In this document: positions 11,067 to 21,839 of the stretch, in pieces | Layout: each line of letters opens with the position of its first letter | Numbering within the stretch: the stretch's first letter is position 1 | Assembly: GCF_006345805.1 (NCBI RefSeq) | Contig: NW_021832486.1 | Location: 1-30,955 of the forward strand | Length of the DNA stretch: 30,955 bases | Reading direction: 5' to 3' | Origin: Octopus sinensis | Taxonomy: Eukaryota | The notes under the pieces: model-generated | The model's database searches: none | Told to the model about the DNA's origin: nothing | Seen by the model: only the letters and a program-made list of their open reading frames with translations | Program-made: the position numbers and the translations under genes

Positions 11067-11535
11067 CAGGACTAGTAGTAGTAGTAGTAGTAGCAGCAGC
11101 AGCAGGACTAGTAGTAGTAGTAGTAGTAGTAGTAGTAGCAGGACTAGTAGTAGTAGTAGTAGTAGCAGCAGCAGCAGGACTAGTAGTAGTAGTAGTAGTA
11201 GTAGTAGTAGCAGGACTAGTAGTAGTAGTAGTAGTAGCAGCAGCAGCAGGACTAGTAGTAGTAGTAGTAGTAGTAGTAGTAGCAGGACTATAGTAGTAGT
11301 AGTAGCAGCAGCAGCACAGGACTAGTAGTAGTAGTAGTAGTAGTAGTAGCAGGACTAGTTAGTAGTAGTAGTAGTAGCAGCAGCAGCAGGACTAGTAGTA
11401 GTAGTAGTAGTAGTAGTAGTAGCAGGACTAGTAGTAGTAGTAGTAGTAGCAGCAGCAGCAGGACTAGTAGTAGTAGTAGTAGTAGTAGTAGCAGGACTAG
11501 TAGTAGTATAGTAGTAGCAGCAGCAGCAGCAGGAC

Positions 11536-11568
<33 letters not shown>

Positions 11569-11985
11569 CAGGACTAGTAGTAGTAGTAGTAGCAGTAGCA
11601 GCAGCAGGACTAGTAGTAGTAGTAGTAGCAGCAGCAGCAGGACTAGTAGTAGTAGTAGTAGTAGTAGTAGTAGCAGGACTAGTAGTAGTAGTAGTAGCAG
11701 CAGCAGCAGCAGGACTAGTAGTAGTAGTAGTAGCAGTGGCAGTAGTAATAGTACTAGTGGTGGTGGTAGCAGCAGCAGCAGCAGCAGTAGTATTAGTAGT
11801 AGTAGTAGTAATAGTAGCAGCAGCAGCAGTACTAGTAGTTGTAGCAGTGGCAACAGTGGTGGTGGTGGCTGTAGTAATAGTACTAGTGGTGGTGGTAGTG
11901 GCAGCAGTGGCAGCAGCAGCAATAGTAATAGTAGTAGTAGTAGTAGTAGCAGTAATAGTAGTAGTAGTAGTAGTAAGCAAGTAAT
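10905..11985. repeat. Compound (TAG)/(CAG) trinucleotide array with a higher-order ~72-bp unit
   Basis: Alternating (TAG)7(CAG)4GAC and (TAG)10(CAG)GAC subunits at about 10985-11720, degenerating into TAG/CAG/TGG/TAA mixtures to about 11985. Confidence 0.9.
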
Positions 11986-12179
11986 GCATTGTAAAAGCAC
12001 GTAGCTGCATCTACCGTTTGTTTCTGATTCCCTGCTGCTCCTGGCAGATGATGCTTTTGCCCCTCTCAGGTGACAACCCCCCCAACCCATCGGTCTGTTT
12101 TTGAGGTTTTTTACGAGGTCAAAGTAGAAATCCTACCTGAAGCTATTTCGGTCACATTTTACAACACAAAGAGGGAACA

Positions 12180-12945
12180 TTGTGGTTTATTCTTTGGCAT
12201 GTTGGTCCCTGAGCAAAGCAGGACACAGGAAAGATTTGAACAAGGGACGAAAAAACATTATATATCGCTATGGCTGGGGCTTCATGTGATAATGGAATCA
12301 GATATCGGAAACCTGAAAATTGTGCCTCTTCTTAGGCATGGCTTGTCCGTGAGGGCACATGGCCTAGTGGTTAGAGCAGCAGACTCACAGTTGGGGGATC
12401 GTGGGTTCGAATCTCAGACGGATGATGTGTGTGTTTATGAGTGAAACACCTAAGCTCCACAAACTTCTGCTGACTCTTTCGCCACAGCTTTCTCTCACTC
12501 TTTCCTCCTGCATCTTGCAGCTCACCTGCGAAGGACTGGCGTCCCATCCAGGTGGGGAACCTATACGCCAAGGAAACCGGGAAACCGGCCCTTATGAGCC
12601 AGTCACGGCTTGAGAAGGAACATGGCTTGTCCAGGTGTCAGTCACATTGCCAAAATTGGAGGAAAAGAATGACAAGTTATAAAACTTTGAAGAGAGAAAT
12701 CTAAATGCTGAGGTCAATGGAAAAGGTGTAAATAATTGGTGGTGTCCTGGGTAGAGTGAGTGAAGAAATTGAAAACTTATGGGAAAAGGAAAAAATAAAA
12801 GTGAAAATAGAAAATATCCAGAAAACAGCAAAGTGTCTCTGCAAAGTCTTTGAGAATGGGGAAAAAAACATACCACCTTTGTTCATGAGAAGTGAACAGC
12901 TGGCACATGACTGAAACTGCCAGCAACAAGCTGAGAATGTTAGAT
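12180..12945 (+). mobile_element. Decayed R4/Dong-like (restriction-like endonuclease) non-LTR retrotransposon 3' part, split by a SINE
   Basis: Removing the SINE and one TSD copy joins CLFLGMAC|PGVSHIAK. Downstream reads YKTLKREI*MLRSMEKV*IIGGVLGRVSEEIENLWEKEKIKVKIENIQKTAKCLCKVFE, resembling the RLE C-terminus (..DxAxP....EKY.DLKREI..W......P.VVGALG....L.......I..LQK.A....R.L). It ends in a (TGA)(TAA)n tail at about 12946-13008. Confidence 0.6.
12349..12620 (+). mobile_element. tRNA-derived SINE with Meta/V-like central domain and 12-bp TSD
   Basis: Head GGGCACATGGCCTAGTGGTTAGAGCAGCAGACTC...GGGTTCGAATCTC. The segment CCTGCGAAGGACTGGCGTCCCATCCAGG...GAAACCGGGAAACCGGCCC resembles the MetaSINE/V-SINE conserved domain (from memory). 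TSD CATGGCTTGTCC at 12337-12348 and 12621-12632. Confidence 0.85.
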
Positions 12946-12954
12946 ATGATGATG

Positions 12955-13011
<57 letters not shown>

Positions 13012-13163
13012 CAGCAGAAAACAATGTTTCTAATACCAACAGATGACAATGTTTCTCTAAAACATTTTGTTTTAAATAGCCTACCAATGTACACAGTGAG
13101 TTTCTGTGCCTTAGCTGTTGAGGAGACACTCAGTAAGAAATGGAAACAAAATTGAAAGAAGAC

Positions 13164-13316
13164 AACAACAACAACAACAACAATAATAATAATAATAAAT
13201 AATAATAATAATAACCACAATAACAATAATAATAATAATATTAATAATAATAATAATAATAATAATAACGATAATAATAATGATAACAACAACACAACAA
13301 CAACAACAACAATAAT
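13164..13316. repeat. (AAC)n/(AAT)n trinucleotide tract
   Basis: Direct reading. Confidence 0.95.
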
Positions 13317-13728
13317 CATCATCATCATCATCATCATCATCGTTTAGCGTCCGTTTTCCATGCTAGCATGGGTTGGACGGTTCTACTGGGGTCTGTGAAG
13401 CCAGAAGGCTTCATCAGGCCCAGTCAAATCTGGCAGTGTTTCTACGGCTGGATGCCCTTCCTAACACCAACCACTCCGTGAGTGTAGTGGGTGCTTTTTA
13501 CGTGCCACCCGCACTGGTGCCAGACAGAGCTGGCAAACGGCCACGAACGGATGGTGCTTTTTATGTGCCACCGGCACGAGGGCCAGGCGAGGCTGGCAAC
13601 GGACACGAAACGGGGCGGTGCTGGCAACGGTCGCGAAACGGAAAGTTCTCTTACATGCTACCGGCACTGGTAACACATCTGCAATTTCCATTGATCGATT
13701 TCCATTGATCGATTTCGATTCTGATCGA
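13317..13728 (-). mobile_element. Retroposon family C (SINE-like, (GAT)n tail; RTE-type 3' end inferred)
   Basis: CATCATCGTTTAGCGTCCGTTTTCCATGCTAGCATGGGTTGGACGG...GGATGCCCTTCCTAACACCAACC, with internal GGTGCTTTTTA(C/T)GTGCCACC subrepeats; homologous to 29251-29622, 14800-15055 and 19226-19446. Confidence 0.85.
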
Positions 13729-13762
13729 ATAATAATGATAATAATAATGATAATAATAATAA

Positions 13763-13793
<31 letters not shown>

Positions 13794-13818
13794 GTAGTAG
13801 TAGTAGTAGTAGTAGTAG
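13728..13818. repeat. (AAT)n-(AGT)n microsatellite
   Basis: Direct reading. Confidence 0.95.
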
Positions 13819-14799
13819 CTATAACCACTGAAAGCTTTTGTTCAATATGGTTTTTGCTTTCAAATTGTAGCTATTTGAAGTAATCCACACCTAAGTAAGA
13901 TAAACTACCAAATAATGTTACATATTCTTTAAATTTGCTGAAGCCACGAAATTATGCTGTGTCAGATTTTGGTAACATGGCATATTTACAGTTATTTTGG
14001 GGTCAGACTGGTCAGTCTTAGGAAATTAAGTTGTCAAAAAATTAAATTATCATTTACAATTCCATTTACAAACAATGGAATGACAAAATGGCTAATTTGG
14101 ATTTAGCATTCCTATTTATGTCAGTAAATGTTTTCTAGTGTTTTTTTATCAGAAAATATCAGCAATTTTAGAATTTCTTATGAGGTGAATATTTTGTATT
14201 CATGATAGAAAACACTAATGCTGTTTGTAGTTCAACGTTTTTGGGTGTCTTGGAGACAAGACAATTTTCCAGATGAAATTCCAACAATATCAAAAAATAT
14301 TTGTTTTGTCTAGCAACAAAAATGAAGAAATCGGAACAGTATGAAGTCTTGCTGACATCTTGGATACACCTACTTCATCTTAAACCATTTACGCAGCTTA
14401 TTCAGAAGTTCTACTGATCTTTAGAACTAAATCACTGATCAAAATAAGAGAATTCTTCAAATGGTTTTGCTCAACCTTAGAAACTAAATATTTCATATTT
14501 CATATATCCTCACAAAGAACAGCAAATTAGCAGAATCTTAAGGGTTCGTTTTAGGAACATGGCAGGTGACACTCCCCTCTATCCCCTCTGCTTCCTGTGA
14601 GGTGGTCTTCATGCTATTTCTGTCTCTTTTTCTCCATCTGACTGTTTTTCTCTACCTTTCTCTCTAACTTGATCTCTCCTTCCTTCCCTTTCTTTTCCTC
14701 CTGGGGCAGCCAAGTATCTCATCTGTACCATTACACCTATTTCTATCCCTCTGTTTTACTTTTTCTTCTCACCTGGAACAAAGTTGCTTCCCTTGGTTC

Positions 14800-15055
14800 A
14801 GCTCCTTCTTCCAGCCAAGGGGTCTTTGTCTTACAAGATATTCGGTGTCCCCACAGGTGTTGGTGCCACATTCCAAGCACCCAGTACAATCTGTATAGTG
14901 TTTGGCATTCGGAAGGGCATCCAGATGGAGAAACCACACCAAAGGAGACAACGGAGCTGATGCAGCTCTCCAGCTTATCATCCCTTGTCAAACTGTCCAA
15001 CCCATGCCAGCATGGAAAAAAAACATCAAATGGTGATGATGATGATAATGATGAT
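14800..15055 (+). mobile_element. Retroposon family C, diverged 3' part
   Basis: TTGGCATTCGGAAGGGCATCCAG...AAACTGTCCAACCCATGCCAGCATGGAAAA...(GAT)n tail. Confidence 0.75.
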
Positions 15056-15179
15056 TAGTCTAATAGAGTAAGTGACAATGGTTCCATTGTTGTCAGAATG
15101 GAGTGCCACCTTCTTGGTAGTAGAATTTCACTTATTGGCACCTACAGACGACCTTGGAAGCACAGGAGCATCTCCTTGA

Positions 15180-15500
15180 GTACGCAGTACAGACTCACTT
15201 GTTTGCACACCTGAAACTCTTGAGTTAGCGTGTACAGACTCCCTTGCTGACACAGTAAAGATTTCTTTCATGGCACAGATTAATCTCCCTTGATAGCCCG
15301 GTACAGACTCTCTCGTTGGTATGCACAGATTTTCTTGCCGGCACAGTAAAGTCTGCCTTGGTGACGTAGTAGAGTTTTCCTGGTTGCTATGAACAGACTC
15401 TCTTGTTGACACCATACAGACACCCTTCTTAGTACAGTAAAGACTCTTTTGTTTGTACAAAGCAGACTTGCTTGTTGACATAGAAGAGTCCTGTGGTGGT
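15180..15500. repeat. Ancient degenerate 22-23 bp minisatellite (~14 copies), resuming at 16084-16150
   Basis: AGACT-like anchors at 15191, 15214, 15236, 15259, 15282, 15305, 15327, 15350, 15373, 15395, 15418, 15441, 15464 and 15487; approximate consensus AGACTCTCTTGTTGGCACAGTAA. Confidence 0.7.
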
Positions 15501-15506
15501 ATTAAA

Positions 15507-16083
15507 GGAGGCGAGCTGGCAGAAACATTAGCATGCCGGACGAAATGCTTAGCGGTATTTCGTCTGCAATTACGTTGTGAGTTCAAATTCCACCGGGGTC
15601 GACTTTGCCTTTCATCCTTTTGGGGTTGATAAATTAAGTACCAGTTATGCACTGCGGTCGATATAACCAACTTAATCCATTTGTCCTCTCTGTGCTTAGC
15701 CCCTTGTGGGTAGTAAAGAAATAGGTATTTCGTCTGCCGTTACGTTGTGAAATCAAATTCCGCCGAGGTTGACTTTGCCTTTCATCCTTTCAGGGTCGAT
15801 AAATTAAGTACCAGTTACGCACTGGGGTCGATATAACCGACTTAATCCGTTTGTCCTCTCTGTGTTTAGCCCCTTGTGGGTAGTAAAGAAATAGGTATTT
15901 CGTCTGCAGTTACGTTCTGAGTTCAAATTCCGCTGGGGTCGACTTTGCCTTTCATCCTTTTGGGGTCAATAAATTAAGTACCAGTTACACACTGGGGTCG
16001 ATGTAATCGACTTGATACCTATGTCTGTCCTTGTTTGTCCCCTCTATGTTTAGCCCCTTATGGGTAATAAAGAAATAGGTATT
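15507..16083 (+). mobile_element. SINE family A head-to-tail trimer (one head, three bodies; 170-bp period)
   Basis: GGTATTTCGTCTGC at 15554, 15724 and 15894; only the first unit has the GGAGGCGAGCTGGCAGAAAC head. Confidence 0.9.
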
Positions 16084-17058
16084 AGAGTCACCCTTGGAGG
16101 CACAATACATACAACCCAGTTGTTGGCACAGTAAAAACTCCAAAGCTGGCACAAATAGTGGGTGGGTGGCAGCAATCAAAAATCACTCACAGGTATGGTA
16201 ACAACTCCCTTGTCTGTTGTTATAAGAAAACATAAAAATAACAAGAATATCCATCAATTTCTTACAGGAAATTCCATGTAGATGCGGTTTTGATTTCAAA
16301 AAGAAGAAATTGTTTTTATTTTTCATTTCATTTCTTGTTTACCAAAATATGTAAACAACATGCTGAAGAATATTCTTCAACAACAAGACAAGAAAACAAG
16401 TTAAAATATAATGAATCGTAAAACCAGTTTAATTCTATGTAAGTTTTATCACCAATGAATATTTAAACAGCTTTCACTGGTAACCAAAGCTAATAAGAAC
16501 GGCAATTCATTCCGATTCCATTCTCAACTTTTAGCTCGATGCCATAATAGATGTCTTCTACTCTTTCACACAATATTCAAACGGACTTACTTGCATATGA
16601 AAAGAAAACAATGTTTACTGCCATTCTTACCATCTTTCTTCATTCCTTACCACCTTCCTTCCTTCCTTCCTTCCTTTCATTAATTAGATGTCTTTTATTT
16701 TCTGTCTTACCTCATTCTTTTGCATAAAATAATTCTTTATTATTGCTTTATAATTCTTTTTTATATTTTAGTATTATTATTTTTGTATTCTCATTTATTC
16801 ATTTATTCATATCATATATGTTTTATACATAACATCTTGCTTTTTTTTTTTTTTTTCCTTCATTTAATTTTTGTTCTTGTTTTCGGGGGTCTTTTTTCTT
16901 TTTCATATTTTTTCCCCCCACTTTATTATTTTTTTTATTCATTTATTTGCTGTTTATTAATGTGGTTTCTGTCGTGCTTTGAAAAATGTTAACCTAAAAA
17001 TATCTGAACTTTTGTTGAACAAATACATCAAACATTAAACAGAGTATTAATATATTTC

Positions 17059-17068
<10 letters not shown>

Positions 17069-17092
<24 letters not shown>

Positions 17093-17145
17093 TGTATGTG
17101 TGTGTGTACACATTACATATATCAATGTACATATATATAATATAT

Positions 17146-17203
<58 letters not shown>

Positions 17204-17212
17204 TGTATATAC

Positions 17213-17245
<33 letters not shown>

Positions 17246-17784
17246 ATGTATGTATATGATGTATGGGGGTGGGAGTTGTACATGCTTATGTGTATGTGTT
17301 TTATATATATATATATACATATACGCATATACACACACACACAGAGGTGTGTATGTGTGCACACACATGCATGTGTACAAAAAAAATAATATTTGTACTT
17401 GTGTGTTTGTGGGTGTTTATGTGTACATGCATCTATCTATCGCTCTATCTATCAAATCAATGTGTGTGTGTGTGTGTGTGTATGTCTGTATACACAATAT
17501 AGATATACATACGTAAATATATAGATGAACAATATTATTACCATATGCATACATGCACGCATGCAAGCACACACACGGATACACATATATATAATTCCTA
17601 AACACACAAGCACATACACACATATATGCAGACATTATATATTATATAATATATATATATAATAATATATATATATATAATAATATATATATAATATATA
17701 TATTATATATATATATATATATTATATATATATATATATATATAGTATTATAATATATATGTATGTATGTATGTATGTATATAT

Positions 17785-17830
<46 letters not shown>

Positions 17831-17853
17831 ATATATATATATGTATATATGCG

Positions 17854-17916
<63 letters not shown>

Positions 17917-17920
17917 ATAT
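17069..17920. repeat. Compound (GA)n/(TA)n/(TG)n microsatellite region
   Basis: (GA)n near 17060-17087; (TA)n near 17135-17250 and 17635-17920. Confidence 0.9.
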
Positions 17921-18562
17921 ATGAACACGTGTATTTACATTTACATATTTATTACTTCATCATCATCATCATCATCATCATACTTCTACATCCGCTTTTC
18001 CATGCTTGCATGAATTGGACATATCTAGACATATTCACATATGTACATAGAACCACACACACACACACATACATACACACACACACTCACATCTGTAGAA
18101 TTTGTGAATACCTGCCATAGAAAGTAAATAATTTTCCAAGACAGACACGTCACAATACATCTCTATATACAGATCGGTTGCTTCAGCTTTGCTAAAACAT
18201 TTTGTATGTATCGTAACTAAGTAAATATATAAATAATAGCCACACACAAGCAAAAATACAATAAATATAGAATAAAATGAAATATTATAAGTTGGTCACT
18301 AATCCATGATTTAGTGAAATCTAAATTTAAAATAACTGAATACAGCAAACAACATAGATTTACAACAACAACAACAACAGCAGCAAGAATAATAGGATTT
18401 CTTTCATTTGCCACAAGGGCATCACGTGAGGGAAACATTACAAAGATAAGCTACAATTTGTGTGGATGTTTATATAAAATTGGTGAGGGGGAAAAAATGG
18501 GAGGGGAGGTGGTGGAACTGAAAAGAAAATTGGAGATGGTTTATAAAAGATGAGAATATATA

Positions 18563-18730
18563 GGTGCAGGAGTGGCTGTGTGGTAAGTAGCTTGCTTACC
18601 AACCACATGGTTCTGGGTTCAGTCCCACTGTGTGGCACTTTGGACAAGTGTTTTTATTGTGGTCTCAGGCCACCCAAAGCCTTGTGAGTGGATTTGGTAG
18701 ACGGAAACTGAAAGGAGCCTGTTATATGTC

Positions 18731-18766
<36 letters not shown>

Positions 18767-18780
18767 TTGTGTGTGTGTGC
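18563..18780 (+). mobile_element. SINE family B, 5' half ending in its internal (TG)n tract
   Basis: GGTGCAGGAGTGGCTGTGTGGTAAGTAGCTTGCTTACCAACCACATGGTTCTGGGTTCAGTCCCACTG head, directly followed by a second copy. Confidence 0.85.
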
Positions 18781-18784
18781 ATTT

Positions 18785-19209
18785 GTGCAGGAGTGGCCAT
18801 GTGGTAAGTAGCTTGTTTACCAGCCACATGGTTCCGAGTTCAGTCCCACTGTGTGGCACCTTGGGAAAGTGTTTCCTACTGTGGTCTCAGGCCAACCAAA
18901 GCCTTGTGAGTGGATTTGGTAGACGGAAAATGAAAGAACACTATCGTTTATATATGTGTGTGTGTGTGTGTGTGTTGTGTGTGTGTGTGTGTGTGTGTGT
19001 ACGTTTGTGTGTCTGTGTTTGTCCCTCCACCATTGCTTGAAAATCGATGTTGGCGTGTTTACGTCCTTGTAACTTAGCAGTTCAGCAAGGGAGACCGATA
19101 GAATAAGTACTAGGCTTACAAAGAATAAGTCCCGGGGCTCGATTTGCTCAACTAAAGGTGGTGCTCCAGCATGGCCCCAGTCACATGACTGAAACATGTA
19201 AAAAGAAAG
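18785..19209 (+). mobile_element. SINE family B, full length
   Basis: tRNA-like head, internal (TG)n, GAATAAGTACTAGGCTTACAAAGAATAAGTCC and 3' GGTGGTGCTCCAGCATGGCC...GACTGAAAC. Confidence 0.9.
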
Positions 19210-19225
19210 TATATATGTTGATGCC

Positions 19226-19446
19226 ACATTAAAAGAATCCATGCTGGCACCATGTAAAAAGCATCATTGTTAGTGCCACACAGAAAGCATCTATGCTGGT
19301 ACCACATGAAAGACACATACAAAACATCCACCTGTATGCTCTGAGAAACCATGGCAAAATGGACAACTGGGGTCTGGTGCAGCTTCTGTCAAACCTTCCA
19401 ACCTATGCCAGCATGGAAGACGGACATTCAATGATGATGATGATGA
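19226..19446 (+). mobile_element. Retroposon family C, diverged 3' part
   Basis: TGTCAAACCTTCCAACCTATGCCAGCATGGAAGACGGACATTCAATGATGATG tail; merges into a (GAT)n tract extending to about 19625. Confidence 0.7.
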
Positions 19447-19684
19447 CGAAGATTGTGGTCGTGGTAGTGATGATGATGATGATGATGATGATGATAACAG
19501 GATGGTGATGATAATGATACGGGGATGATAGCAATGGTGATGGTGATGGTAGTGATGCTGATAATGATGATGGTGTTGGTGGTGGTGGTAGTGATCATGA
19601 TGAAGATGAGGAGGAGGAAATGATGGATAATGGCAGTTCTGATACAGCAGAACTTCTAACTGTGGCCAATAAGGGAACCTCTTT

Positions 19685-20060
19685 AGGTTCAAGATCACCC
19701 TGAACAGCAAGGCTAGGAGACCTGGCTTCAATGTGTTCCATCTTGTGAAGGACAAAACAAAAAAGAAAAAATGCAAAAAAGTGTAAGATCCCTGACTATG
19801 CAATATCATCCGATAGCAGATTGGAAATTGATTGGAAACTGAGCAGAGTGAGACATTTGAGGGTCTCGCCAGAGAGACAAAGAAACTGTGGAAGACAAGA
19901 GGTGATAATTGTTCATGTGAGAATTGGTGCATTTGGCACAACACTCAAGATTCTACATAAAAGACTGGAAGATATTGGAACTGAGACATGCTTTGTTAAC
20001 CTCTGCCTTATATTTTGCAAGAATTCTTGCAAGAATTCTCGCAGACATTGCTGGAGAGCA
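19685..20060 (+). mobile_element. Decayed R4/Dong-like RLE retrotransposon fragment (second copy)
   Basis: SKARRPG (cf. EARRPD), KCKIPDYAISSDSRLE (cf. C.I.D.A.P.D.R), then VIIVHVRIGAFGTTLKILHKRLEDIGTE (cf. V.PV..GALGT..K.L.K.L..IG). Confidence 0.6.
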
Positions 20061-20125
20061 AAGATGAGATCATCAGTGACCCAAAGCATGTGTGTGCAAA
20101 TTTTGGTAGCCCACATCGAACCTAC

Positions 20126-20354
20126 TTAACCCTTTAGTGTTCGTATTATTCTACCAAAATTAATGCTTCTTCATCCACATTGTTTTGAATTAATCATGCA
20201 TTACCTTGTAGCTATGAGATTTTGATGAGGTAGCTGTTAATTTTTAAAATGATATTGTAGGGTTGGTGTGAGAGACCAGATCTGGCCAGTTTGAACATAA
20301 AACAGGTAGAATACTTTTGGCGGGATATGGCCGGTTTAAATGCTAAAGGGTTAA
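20126..20354. mobile_element. piggyBac-type MITE, complete
   Basis: TTAA(20126-29)-CCCTTTAG...CTAAAGGG-TTAA(20351-54); same family as 5676-5880. Confidence 0.85.
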
Positions 20355-20740
20355 AGCAACTGTGCAAGGATTCTGACCTACCACATGTGATGGCAGACTG
20401 AAGAGTCTGAAGAGAATGAGTCAAGGTGATCCATGCGATAAGCTTCACTGACTGATGGATGATGATGAACCATTTCTTCTGTCTTGCACAATATCATGAC
20501 CACCACTACCATTCGACTGGTGCGGCTTCTATTTCAGCAATTGCCAATATTCAGATACAATTCTTTGTTAACATAGTGTATAATTAACTCTGTAATTGAT
20601 ATGGTTTCTCTTCTGGTTTTTTTTTTTTTATACTTTTATTTCTTTTTAAATGGAGGGGGGGGGGGCAGTTGAAAATGATAGTTTTTTGTGAGAAGCCCTT
20701 GCAACACCTAGAGAACTGATAACAATGATGATGATGATGA

Positions 20741-21561
20741 GGGCGGTGGAGGAGGGAGAAGAAGAGAAAGAAGGAAGGCAAGTAAAGTGAGGAGAAAGAA
20801 GAAGAGAAAGAAGAAAGGCGAGTTGAGTGAAGAGGGGAAAGAAGAAGAGAAAGAAGGAAGGCAAGTTGAGTGAAGAAGAGAAAGAAGACGAGAAAGAAGG
20901 GAGGCGAGTTGAGTGAAGAGGAGAAAGAAGAAGAGAAAGAAGGAAGGCAAGTGAAGTGAGGAGGAGAAAGAAGAAGAGAAAGAAGGAAGGCAAGTTGAGT
21001 GAAGAGAAAGAAGAAGAGAAAGAAGGAAGGCAAGTTGAGTGAAGAGAAAGAAGGAAGGCAAGTAAAGTGCGGAGGAGAAAGAAGAAGAGAAAGAAGGAAG
21101 GCAAGTTGAGTGAAGAGAAGAAAGAAGAAGAGAAAGAAAGAAGGCAAGTAAAGTGAGAAGGAGAAAGAAGAAGAGAAAGAAGGAAGGCAAGTTGAGTGAA
21201 GATAAAGAAGAAGAGAAAGAAGGAAGGCAAGTAAAGTGAGAAGGAGAAAGAAGAAGAGAAAGAAAGAAGGCAAGTTGAGTGAGGAGGAGAAAGAAGAAGA
21301 GAAAGAAGGAAGGCAAGTTGAGTGAAGAGAAAGAAGAAGAGAAAGAAAGAAGGCAAGTTGAGTGAGGAGGATAAAGAAGAAGAGAAAGAAGGAAGGCAAG
21401 TTGAGTGAAGAGAAAGAAGAAGAGAAAGAAAGAAGGCAAGTTGAGTGAGGAGGAGAAAGAAGAAGAGAAAGAAGGAAGGCAAGTTGAGTGAAGAGAAGAA
21501 AGAAGAAGAGAAAGAAGGAAGGCAAGTAGAGTGAAGAGAAAGAAGAAGAGAAAGAATGAAG
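20741..21561. repeat. Purine-rich ~40-43 bp minisatellite, 19 units
   Basis: Unit approx. GAAGAGAAAGAAGAAGAGAAAGAAGGAAGGCAAGTTGAGT; 19 GGC(A/G)AGT anchors counted between 20777 and 21521. Confidence 0.95.
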
Positions 21562-21585
21562 GCAATAATAATTATAATGATAACA

Positions 21586-21616
<31 letters not shown>

Positions 21617-21805
21617 CATGATACTGGCAATGATGTGATCATGATGGCAACAATGATGATGATGACGATGATGATAAAGACAACCAAGTTGGTGATGATG
21701 ATGATGATTGGGGTGACGGTGGTGGTGGTAATGGCAATGATGATGATGATGATGATCATGATGGTGATAACAACAATGAAGGCAATAATAATTATAATGA
21801 TAACA

Positions 21806-21839
<34 letters not shown>

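Noticed and set aside
12137-12208. Minus-strand segment with a strong polypyrimidine acceptor and CAG|GTAGGA donor
   Set aside because: Stops occur in all three frames and it overlaps the antisense of a retroelement relic; at most a non-coding exon, unsupported.
12070-12444. 124-aa non-repetitive-looking ORF
   Set aside because: It runs from decayed RLE retrotransposon sequence into the SINE head; a chance open frame.
13480-13680. Spaced GGTGCTTTTTA(C/T)GTGCCACC repeats (also 29420-29580) resembling a CRISPR array
   Set aside because: They are internal subrepeats of a eukaryotic retroposon present in several copies; spacers are related to each other and no cas genes are present.
14230-14510. 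Mostly open frame faintly like a hAT transposase C-terminus (TIYAAYSEVLLIFRT...REFFKW)
   Set aside because: The similarity is too weak to support by eye, and there are two in-frame stops.
18112-18191. Candidate minus-strand 80-nt exon ([26 protein letters not shown]) with AG/GT ends
   Set aside because: Weak acceptor, no recognisable homology and no partner exons; RNA-seq would be needed.
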